A DNA stretch of 63,957 bases, the filler included, from Asterionella formosa (lineage: Eukaryota), in the NCBI GenBank assembly GCA_002256025.1. It is 8 parts of 8 records of this genome, joined end to end, with 100 filler letters (N's around TTAATTAATTAA, not from the genome) between each part and the next. Parts side by side here need not be neighbours in the genome. Positions count along the whole stretch, not along the records: positions 16,315 to 24,369 come from NKIB01012330.1; positions 24,470 to 32,521 come from NKIB01012331.1; positions 32,622 to 40,666 come from NKIB01012332.1; 5 more parts are not named here. One strand, given 5' to 3'. The first letter of the stretch is position 1; every line of letters starts with the position of its first letter. The position numbers and the translations under genes are program-made. The notes under the pieces were generated by a model that saw nothing but the letters and a program-made list of their open reading frames with translations, ran no database searches and had not been told where the DNA came from. This document shows positions 21,900 to 34,362 of the stretch, piece after piece.

Positions 21900-24369
21900 A
21901 CGAGCTTTTTTATCATCAATCAAGTGACCAAGAAGCAATCATGGAACAACACATGGAGATTGGGTGGGTCCTCCTTGCTTTGTTGATGACGAGACTGCTG
22001 GGTCGCCTGTTCCTGTATTTCCAAAGATCAGTAATGTCACTTATTTATTGGACTACAATGTGACAAAGCGATTTTTAGGAGGGTGCAAAGAGGCATGGAA
22101 AAGGAGCAGGCAATGATGTGCACGATGAATGAAGTGTAGTAATAACTACGGATTGATTCGATTTGTTTAGAAGGAGGAAAAGGATGATACAAGTTGGACA
22201 TGACAACAGTATCTAGAATATTCAATTAAATTGATGAATAATCTTGGTATCATTGAAGGATCCTCAACATTGATGACCCTTGCTTAGATGATGGAAACGA
22301 AGGCTTCTTGCATGCTATATACAAGATGTCTTTTTAAAGTTAGCAATCAATAAGGATTAGCCCCCATCATTTGTGTAAGTGAATTCAGATGCCATGAAAG
22401 CTTTCAAACAATTCGGACTTATAAATTTGCTTTCGGTGGAGAAAAGTATGAGTATGTGCATGAACATCTGGTTCCCACATTAGTTTCTATTTTGGGTTTA
22501 GAAGTCACTGCGTTGGAGGATGATATGAGAGACAAAGAATGCCCAACCTTTGGAAATCAATTGACAATACCAGTAGTAGGTAAATCAAATTTTAAAGTAC
22601 GTTAAAACAAAACTAATAATCGTACTTGTGCCTGGATTGACATGGGGGGAATATGATAAGCATTAGGGGGAAATCCATTGACAATACCACACATATCAAC
22701 AAGATGTTTCTTTCAATGTTTTGATTAAAGAATATATACATATCAACAATTACAAGGTGAATGAATGCACTTGATGTTAAAGATGAGACTCAAACAAAAC
22801 ATTCCTTTTCGATTGTCAGCAGGAGAAGCAAGGCTGACATGACCTTAGCCTACCATCAATTTCTCTTTGCTGAATACTTTAAGCAAGTTGAATACTCCAA
22901 TAAGGTGGATGCAATTTATCACAGAACGATCTAAGCTTATAGAGTCAAAAGGTTTCATAAGTTCAAGAAAACTCGATATAATTATAGTGATAACAATGCA
23001 ATGATCTCTACTATGGTAAAATGCATATCATGCTGACAACTTCGAGACATCACTAGATTTTCCAATGGGAGGCAATTGTAGTTTGCAAAAGAACAATAAA
23101 GAGCAAGCAAGGCACCTGTTATAATTGTTGGACAGGCAGGATGAAGCAACTTTCTAGCAATTTTGTTGAATACCAAAATGCGGACAGGAGGTCACAATCA
23201 TGGCGCAAGAATCCCCTACTAGTACCAAAGGAGGAGGGTACTACTGTAATGATCAGTTCATTCATCACTATTAGAAAGCATGGTTTGGTCCGACACTCTG
23301 ATGATGATATTCTTAAGACAGTCAACAGCAACCGGATAGGCTCAACTTGCTTATGCTGACGAGGAAGCCGCAATTTATAAACATGGATCTGCGACAAAGA
23401 AACTCCTTTCCCAAACAATTCCCTATTCTTAGTCTATTTTGATAAAATCACGATAGATACATGGATCTACAATTATATGATGTGTCAAAAAGTGATGTTC
23501 TAAATTATGAATCCAATTTAGTTTTAAGTTTGTTTACCTATTCAATAAGTCATCAGCGGTGGCTACAAGAATGATTCCATTATCCACTCAACCATCCTTG
23601 TTGCACAGGGACCTTGATCTATTGGAATCTATCACCCACAACTGCAAGTTGGACAAACACAAAATCTCCTAGTCCAGCCTTCTCATAATAGTCCATTCTG
23701 GAAGACTCCTGGTGAGCGACGTTCATGCTGAAATGATGTCCCTAGTAGTGAAATAAAACACACTTCGAACTTGGTCGGAATTGATTGCTTCAAGAGGAGC
23801 CAATCATACCACAGGTAAAAAATGCGACCTTCAGAATATTTTTTCGTAGTATTAGATTCAAACTACAAGACAAGGAATGTAAGTCAAGAAGACAAAGGGA
23901 TTTATGCAAGTCTTGCGGGGATGTGAGTTGATTGATGGCAAAACTTACCTTACTATACCACCTAAGCTGGACGGCAACATGCAAATGAAATCGTCAACCT
24001 TGATTCAAGCTTGAGACACATCATGTCAAGAATGTGTACAGACTTCTTGAAAGGGAACAAAGCCAGTGGCAATCGAAGACCTTGTAAAGAAGTTGAAGCC
24101 TCAGATGCATTGATGTACCTTGGACTTCGATTACAAGCTTTTAATGAATATCAATTGAATAATTGATTGCTGATTGTTTTAGTGCGATGAAAAACATTAC
24201 ATAAATACATGTATCGATATACTTAGCTATGCTTACAATATTCTTTATGATAGTCACAATCAATCTGTTATCTGAAAATCATTGATTAATCCATTGCTGC
24301 TTCTGTGTGGCAAACAGAGCGACTTTTGATCCTTCTGTGCTGCCAAGCAAGCTAAGAAGGTTGGAAGGG
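21900..24369 (+). mobile_element. Decayed IS630/Tc1-like DDE transposase pseudogene plus its 3' terminal region
   Basis: Fragments across frames: MGGNCS, KAPVIIVGQ(.)DE, PLLVPKEEGTTVMISSF, GIYHPQLQVGQTQ..PFWKTPGERR, and C-terminal KPVAIEDLVKKLK, which matches GPVAVEKLIGKFRTHRCAID of the 56.1-56.9 kb copy. The left boundary is approximate. Confidence 0.65.
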
Positions 24370-24570
24370 NNNNNNNNNNNNNNNNNNNNNNNNNNNNNNN
24401 NNNNNNNNNNNNNTTAATTAATTAANNNNNNNNNNNNNNNNNNNNNNNNNNNNNNNNNNNNNNNNNNNNATGAGCAGGCTTTATTTCATTAATGAAACTC
24501 TTTAATTTAGTTGAATGAACTCCAGAAAATTACGTTAACAAATGTTACATATTAAGTGAACTTTATTCTA

Positions 24571-24695
24571 GAATTATGTGAACGAAATTACAGAATTACG
24601 TGAAGTATTTCAAATAATTATGTGAAGTATTTTCAAATAATTATGTGAAGGATTTCATACAATTATTTGAATTATTTCAAATAATTATGTGAAGG
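24571..24695. repeat. AT-rich minisatellite, ~22-23-bp unit (AATTATGTGAAGTATTTCAAAT), ~5-6 degenerate copies
   Basis: Seen directly in the sequence. Confidence 0.75.
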
Positions 24696-26889
24696 TGATC
24701 ACATAATATAGTGATGATCAGGAATGCATGCATGATACTTTGATCTAATATTTAACGTGATGTATTCAGATAATATATAGATATATTCAACTACGTATTT
24801 TGATGTAGTCAACTAATTCATGTGATGCATTCAAAATCAACTAGGCTTATTTATGTGATGGTCACTTCACGTAATACGCGGCTTAGATGAAACAAGCAAC
24901 CCTGATCATTCCATTCTGAGCAAGCGTGATCGCCACGCTGCTCCAGAACTATTGACTCCCTCTAGCTGAGTATTCGTCATGTAGCTTCTGATACGAACTC
25001 GTAGTAGAATTGTAGCAAAGCGCGTTAGTACAAGAAATGCATTGCTTGGCGGCAATATTGACATCATTGTCAACGACTACACAAATCAACAAATACGATC
25101 AACAACGGCACAATACCACATCTTCAATGAGTAGTAATTGATAAATGCATTGGTTCTCATATAGATATGTACAATCGAAACAAAACGACAGTGCGTAACG
25201 ACAAACAACGATGGAAGCGATCAAAACAAACCACGGAAGCAATCAAATCGGAAAGTCGATAAATACGATCTACAATCCACATTCAGTATTTCACTGTTGT
25301 ACTCACCGATCCGCTTCAACTAGCTAGCATAACAAGCAGCAGACGATGGGATAAAAGAAAGACGAACGTTGCCTATTGCAAGCCCGAATAGAGCAAAGGC
25401 AGGCAAGATAGAGTGAGAGCTATATTTGTGAGGACGAAATCGGGCATACGGTACGTAAAATCAATGAATATGTGAACGATATAATTCAACATTTCAGGTC
25501 TCGTAAAAATAATACCGATTCTACAGAGATAATATTATAACGTGTTCAAAGTAAGCGTTAAAGCATAGCTTAAACCATGCATGGTTGTTTTTAGTACCAC
25601 GTACGTATGTAGTCTAGATGACTGCCGGTACCGGTAGAATATCCGTTAAGCATCATTACATACCGGTACATGACCGGAGCAAAAACTTGCCGCCAACATC
25701 AGATGTACATCATCGTTCGTCCGACGAAAAATGGACGATGCGACTACATGAATGCCTCGAGAAGACGACAAGCAATCCAACAATCAACCGCATCCGTTAG
25801 GCAAAGAATCGCTACTGGCGTCATCGCGGGACTGATTTCGCTTCAAACCGGTCATGATGGACGACGACTGGCATGGTGAAAGGTGAATTGCCGGAGACCA
25901 CTTTTCAGGAGACAAACGAAAGGGAGGTGAATTTTAGATATAAATTATTAGAATCTGTATAGTATATAAAATGGTTTCCTTAAGTAGACCCCTTGCCGAT
26001 TTCGGCAATCCCAGGGCTGGAAAATCTAGGGGCAATTGGCGTCTCTTGTCTTGCCAAAATGCGAACATATGAAATATTCAAAAGGTATTTTATTGTGAGG
26101 GGCAATATTGGACCATTAGCAATTTTCGAGGTTAAGATAGGAAATATTCAAAATATATTTTATATGATGGGCAATAGTAGGCTAAAATTGACATTTATGC
26201 TAGATTTGTGGGCAGTAGGTAAGCAAATGACGCGACGATAGCTAGAGCGGGAATTGCCTCAACAATACCCTTCTCGGCGGCTACTTGCCTCCAGCAACTC
26301 CATCTTGACCATGACGAAATTATGGAGTTGAATATCTTCACGAATATTGACAATGAAATATTCCTGTTTCGCGCGTGTATGTAGACTAACATAGACGAGA
26401 TTATCGTTGAATAATTTTTTTTGCACTAGAATTGACAACAAAAAGTTAAAATCGGCGCTGGAAGTTGTTTTTGGTCGTCATTTTCTCAGTTTTGAAGATA
26501 TGACCAAAGTAGCAACAGTGAATAGATACAGATTTTTATGTTTTGTAGAAATAGATGAGAAAACTTGAGCGACAGTATTCTCGGAGAGGGTACAACATTT
26601 TCAAGATGCAACAAATTCCTCTACGTCAATTTTGTAGTGACTTTCATGTTGGCACTAATTGGTGTGGTCCATATTTCTATGGAATCTTGATAAGGTCATT
26701 TGACAGTTTACTATAGACAAACTTTCAGCCATTCAACAATACAGCCATTCAACAATACACTGCTTGTTCTTTACGCAAATAAAAACTTTGCATCACGGAA
26801 ATGATCACGAACTCCCCTGACTGACGGTTTATGCATTTTCCGACACTTTTATGCAAAAAATGTATTCTTTCGACACTGACATCTATGAA

Positions 26890-27510
26890 AAGAAATATGC
26901 GATCGTGTGTTACATTGTCTGTGACAGAAGCAGAATTGGTTGCAGCCACGCAATGTGCACAGGATATGCTGTATGTCATGAGGGTTCTAGAATCAATGGG
27001 ACTCAAGGTGAAGAAACCAATGAGACTGAGCATTCTTGATAATAAAGGTGCACTTGATCTAACAATCAATTGGAGTGTTGGAGGTTGAACTTTTCATGTG
27101 GATGTGCGATATTCTTTTTTACGTGAATTGAAGGAAGAGAATGTCATAATCTCTGATTAGATTGGTACAGAAAACAATCATAGTGATTTATTCACAAAGA
27201 ATGTTGGAAGAAATTAATTTGAAAAACATACTGCAAAGTTCTGTGGTAATGATAAGTATATGAAGAGCCATGAAGATAGAGACTCTCAATGGGAGGGTGT
27301 TGGAGGTTATAAAGACTCTGGGTGATGTTGAGAGTCTGATTAGTCAAGTCATGAAATGTCTCATGGGACTGACAGTGGGATCAAAATTAGTTGGAGTAGA
27401 AGTCTTGAATTGTATTTGGTAAGATTGAATTTGGCAGGATTGAGTTTGGCAGGACCAGTTGGCAAGATTGATAGTTCCTCATATAAATGATACTAGTTCC
27501 AAAGTTGCAA
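26890..27510 (+). mobile_element. Ty1/Copia 3' remnant: RNase H, polypurine tract and probable LTR start
   Basis: VTLSVTEAELVAATQCAQDMLY..LESMGL..DNKGALDL..NWSVGG*TFHVDVRYSFLRELKE..NHSDLFTKN, followed by GGGAGGG|TGTTGG near 27291-27303. Confidence 0.85.
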
Positions 27511-27678
27511 GTCTGCTTTTACCCATCGCCTCTGCTATCTCTAGATATATATACATTACCTATGTTATGTTAGCTCGCTGCTCTCTATTTTTCCCCATCA
27601 GCACCTTCCAAAACATAATAAGGAGCAAAGGTTCCAGCAGCGTGAGCCACTTCCAACAAGTCAATTTCCTCGGACACA

Positions 27679-27934
27679 TATGCTATCTTCTTCAAAGGCC
27701 TCTCCGGTTCGTCATCTCCCAATTCTTCTTCATATAACTTGAATAGTTGTATGCGACGAGTCTTATGCTATCTTCTTCAAAGGCCTCTCCGGTTCGTCAT
27801 CTCCCGATTCTTCTTCATGGAACTTGAATAGTTGTATGCAACGAGTCTTATGCTATCTTCTTCAAAGGCCTCTCCGGTTCGTCATCTCCCAATTCTTCTT
27901 CATATAACTTGAATAGTTGTATGCGACGAGTCTT
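27679..27934. repeat. Tandem repeat, 3 x 85 bp, near-identical
   Basis: The unit TATGCTATCTTCTTCAAAGGCCTCTCCGG...GAGTCT starts at 27679, 27764 and 27849. Confidence 0.92.
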
Positions 27935-28074
27935 GTTTGGTCGGAACGTTATAGTCATGGCATTTTCAGTAATCTGATTGCCCTCCTCATCCTGATGTTT
28001 GCAATGGCCGACACCAATAATGGATCCAATGTCATCTCTCGCATAACAAATAAATTATGTTACCACCTTTGCTT

Positions 28075-31000
28075 GCGTCTGCAAATAGAAACCATCATAT
28101 TCCTATGATGCATCATAGGATTATGATCATCTGATCATAATATGCCCTCGTAATTTAAATAGTAACACTTTTGACTATGGAAATTTAATTATTATATGTA
28201 TTGTTTCTTTTAGGTTCCTTTATTTAAATTTTTTGGTAGGATAATAAACCAGTCAAAGTAATGTGGTTTGGCTTATCATCCACTCTAGTCCTTACTCTGA
28301 TTCTTGCAACAACGACAAAGCAGCCATGTTGAGAGGAACGAGGCAGATTTTGTGATAAAATCTTCATTTGCCATTCAAGTCATCATATATATTCGATGAA
28401 TCATCATCTACAGTGCACAGTATGTTCATATGAAATCCGTTAAGAGCTTGAAAAGAAATCCAATGAAAAAGAAACGGCTCATCACACAAGACGAATGTTT
28501 CAGGTCTGTCACCAGAGCATTGATCAGTGTTACAACCTCAATCATTGCTAGTAAACAACATCCATTAAAGAACAGCACAATCTACTTCTCTGTAGTAACA
28601 TCGTTTCTCTAACAAGAACGTAATACATCTATAATTGAAACGCAGCATAGCAGGCGATATGCACAGAGAAGCATGAGACTGTCCATTTATAGTAAGGAAC
28701 TGAGTGATTACAATACCTCATTAGATTTCCATTGTCATCGTACTATTTCTTTAACTTTGACTACAGGAGCGTAGTCTTTGATGTATCTGGAATGGTTCAA
28801 TGGATGGCAGCAGTTGGATTTAGTCACAAACCTTGACAATAGCACTGTTTTGTAGATGTTCAAAAAAAAGCCAGAAACTTTTGCCTATCGACCACCAGTC
28901 AGTCTATGCTGCAAAAATGCAAGAAGCACATGTTGAATGCCCATTTATGGATTCAAGTTTCAGTAGTGCAACAATGAAAAATATTAGAAACCGGAAGACA
29001 CATTTCATCTTATTACGGTTTTCATTAGCTATACTACTAGCTAGTATTGATTGAGAGGAAGCAATGGTAGAATGGCTGCCAAACGGGCGGGGGCAAACAA
29101 AGAGAATCCTACTAATTTTTCTCCCCAATGATCCCAGATCCTTCTTGAATGTCACTTGCTACAGAAAATGAAGAACAGCGGCCATGATCTGTTGATTGTT
29201 GCTGTATGGTGTCACTGACCAAAACATCCAGAAATTTCAATGAGTTGCTTGTTTCTTGATTTGTATGCAAAAGGGATCAAAACCAGTGGATAAATCAAAA
29301 GGGAATTAAAATTCTCTGCAAACATCAGGAAAATGGTGAAAGAGAAATGAAGGTTCTTGGGAGGAGAGCCGAAGTAAAGGGATAATTGCTTCTGGTCTTG
29401 CGGAAACAAGAATGGAATGACCCAAACATTGTTGACAAATAGGTACCTGCCGGAAAGTAAGCAATACTTTCGGCACCATCAATCTATACACAAGCCTGCA
29501 CCACCTGAAGTCAATATAGCTACCTCGACTTCATCAATGAAGAAGTTGATGGATGGAGCATCCTGTGAGAAAAATCGGGGTTGAGGTTTTCTTGACGCCA
29601 ACGTGGGCCTGCTTGGCTGAACTTGCAGATGAAGGCATTGAGTAACCGGGGCATGTGCAGCCAAAGGATAAAGAAAAATCTATGACAAGGGTGGTGAGAT
29701 AGTGTTTTGGAGCAAACGTTATCATAGCTGAATTCATTCGAAAATTCGCATAGACAATCTATGGTGGCATACCATGGTGGCTCTTGGCTGACAGTTGCCA
29801 AGTCAATTTACAAACACAACAAAGGTGACAAAAGACAGTCCCATTTTAATAGCCTGGCTGCTACATAGTTTTGAGACTTACCATTCGTCTGCAATGGGGT
29901 GGAGTTTGATCATTGCTTCGTTCAAAGCACAATCAATTCGAATGCTGTCCAGTAAAACAGCCAATGAAAACAATTGTGGCGAAAAAACGCAGAACAGATC
30001 AAGAGATTATATAGGAATTAAAATAACAGGGCATATATGATGCACTGCTCCTTTTGTAGACTATTTTTGATCATTTTCATATTTCATATCATACAGGTGC
30101 ATGGATTACCCCTCCCGTCCTTTCATTAGATATGCAGCCGTGTTGCGATAATTCTACAAGACCTATAGGATTGGTAGTCTGGTGGTCATCATTTCCGCAT
30201 ACTATATACCAGTAGGAGTCATGTATGCATGCATGCTGCAATAAATCTTACAGGACATAAATAATAATTTGGTAGCTTGGGGGTTATCACTTCCGTACTG
30301 TATACAGGGGGAGGAAGGGGTTGCATACATGAGCAACTACTCCGGTATAAACTAAGATAATTAATCAATAAATTTTGATTCGTTTATCCAATACCTTTGA
30401 TCATATGATAAATGGTGTCGTTGATGAGAAAACGAAAGATCAAAATTTATTTTCAGGAATCAGGATCAATTGATCTTAGAAATATGATCAAATGATCCTA
30501 AACACATGAGGATATTCAGTTTTCTGCTGCACTATTGTGGTACTCCCATGATAGAAGTAATACCCAGCAAGAATACGGTACTACCGGTAGGCCATATGAA
30601 TTTTTCAACTGTATACGGTCAATGTGTCTATATTCATAAATGTATGATTTCGACCATTTGAAAAATTGGTGATGACTGTTTATTACTAAGGGGCTTATTA
30701 AATCAGCTGCTGACTTGTAGGTACAAGAATTGACACAAAACAAATTCAAAAATTTAACAGGTTGTTGAAAGCTATAAACTCATCATGCATTGTATATATT
30801 TGAATTATGTTTAATCAAAATTGATTTTAGTATACACAGGATGTGCCATATATTGAGCGTGTCTAAAACTATGCAAATGTGCAACTATGTATACATTTAA
30901 GCTTACAAATCTTTATATAGATGTATTCATGGCTGAAACGCACATTTAAAATCATGTTTTCACGTTACATATCATGCATACACTTCGCTCCTAACAAATG

Positions 31001-31435
31001 CCTGTCATCTTCCTTGTCATGCGTACACTTCCTGAAATGAAGGATCTCAAGCGACACATGATGCGAAAAGACAATACAACACAATGATACACCATGCGGC
31101 TAAGAAAGGGTGAATATGTTGGATAAAGGCGGAATCAACAAGCTGTGCATAGTATCACGGCATGTCAAGAGCAATGCCAGGATGATATATTGTTGGGATT
31201 ACAAATACGGAATGACTAGTCCCCTTTCATCTATTAAATAGCTCCTTTTCAATTTGTTGGCCAACCATCAATGCGGAAAAAAGAAATCGGTGAGTGCTGC
31301 CTATCAGCCATCTTTGGATCAATCTACAACTGTTAGAAAAACTGACACATATGTGTTGCTTCTTTCAGGATAATAGTAGACAAAAAGTTTTTGTAAGTTA
31401 CAAACAGCAGTGTTGGAGCCCATTTATTGATCGAT
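28075..31435. repeat. Dispersed repeat family copy (28075-28410 and 30285-31435) matching 59728-61420 in reverse orientation
   Basis: Long colinear reverse-complement similarity, e.g. GAGCAACTACTCCGGTATAAAC at ~30331 vs ~60888, and GGAGCCCATTTATTGATCGAT at ~31415 vs ~59728. Confidence 0.88.
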
Positions 31436-32199
31436 ACCTTGCTTCTCATTCAATCTTCAACTGACACATTCTTCTACAGAAATATGCATAAGTTACTTCC
31501 TCAATTTGTGGTAAGTGAAGATAGAAGCGAAATGCACGTTGTTGTGTAAGCAAAACATGAACAGCTAACAATGAATTGCTTCTCTTTGTTAGTATGGCTG
31601 ATTGGAACAACGTAACGGATTCAATAGTCTGTGAATGCAAACTCAGAACCCTCAGGAGTAAATGGAACAACGCAGGGGAATAACGGCAAGGCAACCAGTA
31701 TCGCAACCTTCAGAATCGGATTGGGGGGAAGGTGGAAGTGAAAGCGGAACCAATCATTGCGATGAGAGCATTGTAGAACATTCTGTAGCCACTCAAGATA
31801 TAGAGAGCAACATAGATCCATTCTTAAATATAGTTCTAAATTTCGATCAATTTCATCCTATTTTAGACAGTGATATCGATGAGAATTACGATCATGCTAA
31901 GATAGATGCATAACAAAAGTATACACATCATAGGACCATGTTTAACTAATTATATGATGCAATGGTATTATAACTATGATAGTATCATCATACTTCAAGC
32001 TCAGTAAAAGTTTACTGCATGATCTTAATCATATGATACATTGATCATATTTTTGATTCAAAAACTATCATATACATGAAAATCCTGTGCCACTTAGCGT
32101 ACTATACTCTTGATCCTATATTCATGATGGTTTTTATTGCAGACGCCGGTATTCCATTTCTAATCATTCAACCTTCTACCTGCAGTTACCCTGGTACCT

Positions 32200-32521
32200 T
32201 AAAAAGGAACAAAGCCAGTGGCGATCGAAGACCTTGGAAAGAAGTTGAAGACTCAGTTGCATTGGTGTACCTTGGACTTCGATTTCAAGCTTGTAATGAA
32301 TATCAATTGAATAATTGATTGCTGATTGTTTTAGTGCGATGAAAAACATTACATAAATACATGTATCGATATACTTAGCTATGCTTACAATATGCTTTAT
32401 GATAGTCACAATCAATCTGTTATCTGAAAATCATTGATTAATCCATTGCTGCTTCTGTGTGGCAAACAGAGCGACTTTTGATCCTTCTGTGCTGCCAAGC
32501 AAGCTAAGAAGGTTGGAAGGG
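32200..32521 (+). mobile_element. Second copy of the IS630/Tc1-like transposase 3' end and terminal region (near-identical to 24050-24369)
   Basis: Both contigs end in the same ~320 bp, finishing ...GCTAAGAAGGTTGGAAGGG. Confidence 0.85.
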
Positions 32522-32896
32522 NNNNNNNNNNNNNNNNNNNNNNNNNNNNNNNNNNNNNNNNNNNNTTAATTAATTAANNNNNNNNNNNNNNNNNNNNNNN
32601 NNNNNNNNNNNNNNNNNNNNNGGTATTTATGTTGCATTTCTTTAGATGTGTGTGGTTGGACACAAACTTATCAAGAAAACCATGACAGTGTAGTCCTATA
32701 TCACATGATTTTGCTATGATGAACCAACAATCAACCACAAGTATCTGAAAGTGAAAAATGATGGGGATTACTAATTTTCATTACAATACTCATGCAAATG
32801 AGGTGGTTGCGGGTCCTAATCAAATTTATATATAGACAAAGCGGTATGTAAAGAGAACAAAATAAATCCCGGCTCGTAGTGTATTTCTATAGTGAA

Positions 32897-33337
32897 TTAA
32901 GCCGTGAGCAAGCATGCACCACCAGCTTCCTTGATCTTTTGTTCTGCCAATTTCGAAAAGAACTTTGCCTTGACAATCACTGGCACATTGATTTGCCCGT
33001 TTCCAAGAAGCTTGAAATACCCAAGAGAAACCAAGTCGATAACCGGCGCCTTTCCAGCTCCATTCTTGGCGGCCTCATATACACCCTCACCAGCAATGTT
33101 GAAAATCTTGTCGAGGTTGATGGTGGGAGTGTATGAGCGGTTCTTCAATTGATGAAATTGGCGCATACCAACCTTACCGAAATATCCTGGATGGTACTTG
33201 TCCATCAGGATACGGTGGTGGTGCTGACCTCCAGCATTACCACGACCTCCGGGATGCGAACGATGCTTTCCAACACGTCCATGACCACAAGAAACATGTC
33301 CTCGCTTTTTACGGGATTTGTGGGTGCGGGTAGGCAT
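32897..33337 (-). CDS. RPL27A: 60S ribosomal protein L27a (uL15); probable 5'UTR intron 33631-33358
   Basis: [34 protein letters not shown]...[13 protein letters not shown]...[14 protein letters not shown]. Upstream are an AAG|GTGAG donor and a pyrimidine-rich CAG acceptor 20 nt before the ATG. Confidence 0.97.
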   Translation of the reverse strand: MPTRTHKSRKKRGHVSCGHGRVGKHRSHPGGRGNAGGQHHHRILMDKYHPGYFGKVGMRQFHQLKNRSYTPTINLDKIFNIAGEGVYEAAKNGAGKAPVIDLVSLGYFKLLGNGQINVPVIVKAKFFSKLAEQKIKEAGGACLLTA

Positions 33338-34362
33338 GTTTTATTATTGTTTGATGACTGACAGGAGGGAAAAGGCGCAAGGTTAGAAAGAGGGAAAATT
33401 CCAGCATAATAAATGGCAACTAGTGGAGTAGCGAAATGGTCCATTGTATTTCTGGCTCCATGGCGCAATCTTCAGTCCGTCCACGAGAACAACATGAAAA
33501 GCCCTGCTTCATCGAATCAATCCAATGCAACAGGCGCTCGCTTGGCATTGTGATGCAATGTGTTTGGCGATGACAGTTGCTGAATACAGAGTCATCTAAT
33601 GCGCCGCTACGAGACCCATCGTGATGCTCACCTTCTTGAGAAAGAGTATGGCTAAGCAGATGCGTAGTAGCAAAAATTCATCAGCATAGAAATTCAGTAA
33701 CAGGTAAGCCGGAGCAGTCACGAGCACAGCCGGGACTCAGATACATCCGGATCTAGGCCTCCAATTTGGCTGCTGCACGATATACCGGTACCTGGTACTG
33801 GTACCTGGCACCTGTGTGTAAAGCTTACGCTAACAAATGCAGGACAACCTTGGTGTATCCGGTATGTATTTTACATGTACGAACAGTACCACCATGCGCA
33901 CCCGGTACTACCTGATACCTCACCTCGTAACCCTGGTACCAGGTACCAGGTACTGCGATACCAGCAAGTTGCGGTAATCATTGTGCTGAAATTAAATGTT
34001 TAGCTAGCAATGGACTACCAGGTACCAGGACTACCAGCCAGTACCGGTACCTGGTACGCCGTTCAAATTGTTCGTCAGGTACCGGTACCTGGTACTGTAC
34101 AGTTAATTGAAGTTGAACCAATTGCTCCCCCGGATGTTGCGCGATCCTTACCCCCACAGTCGTCGTTTAGTCGTCATCACGCGAAACAAGCATGATGGCT
34201 GAGCATGGAAACCACAGAAAGTCGACGAAGAAATGGTTCCTGTAGCAGCCGTCCACCATTGAAGTTTTCCTCCGCATTTTGAATTAAATTGGTATTGCTG
34301 AAGACGGCATTGTATCTCTCCTAGTTTAATCTATCCGTGGAGCCTACCTTGATGGCCGAAAG

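Noticed and set aside
27679..27934. CRISPR-like array
   Set aside because: The units are contiguous with no unique spacers, there are no cas genes, and the context is eukaryotic.
33358..33631. Intronic snoRNA in the RPL27A 5'UTR intron (also checked the NDUFA13 intron)
   Set aside because: No convincing paired C/D boxes or H/ACA structure by eye; an Infernal/snoscan search would be needed.
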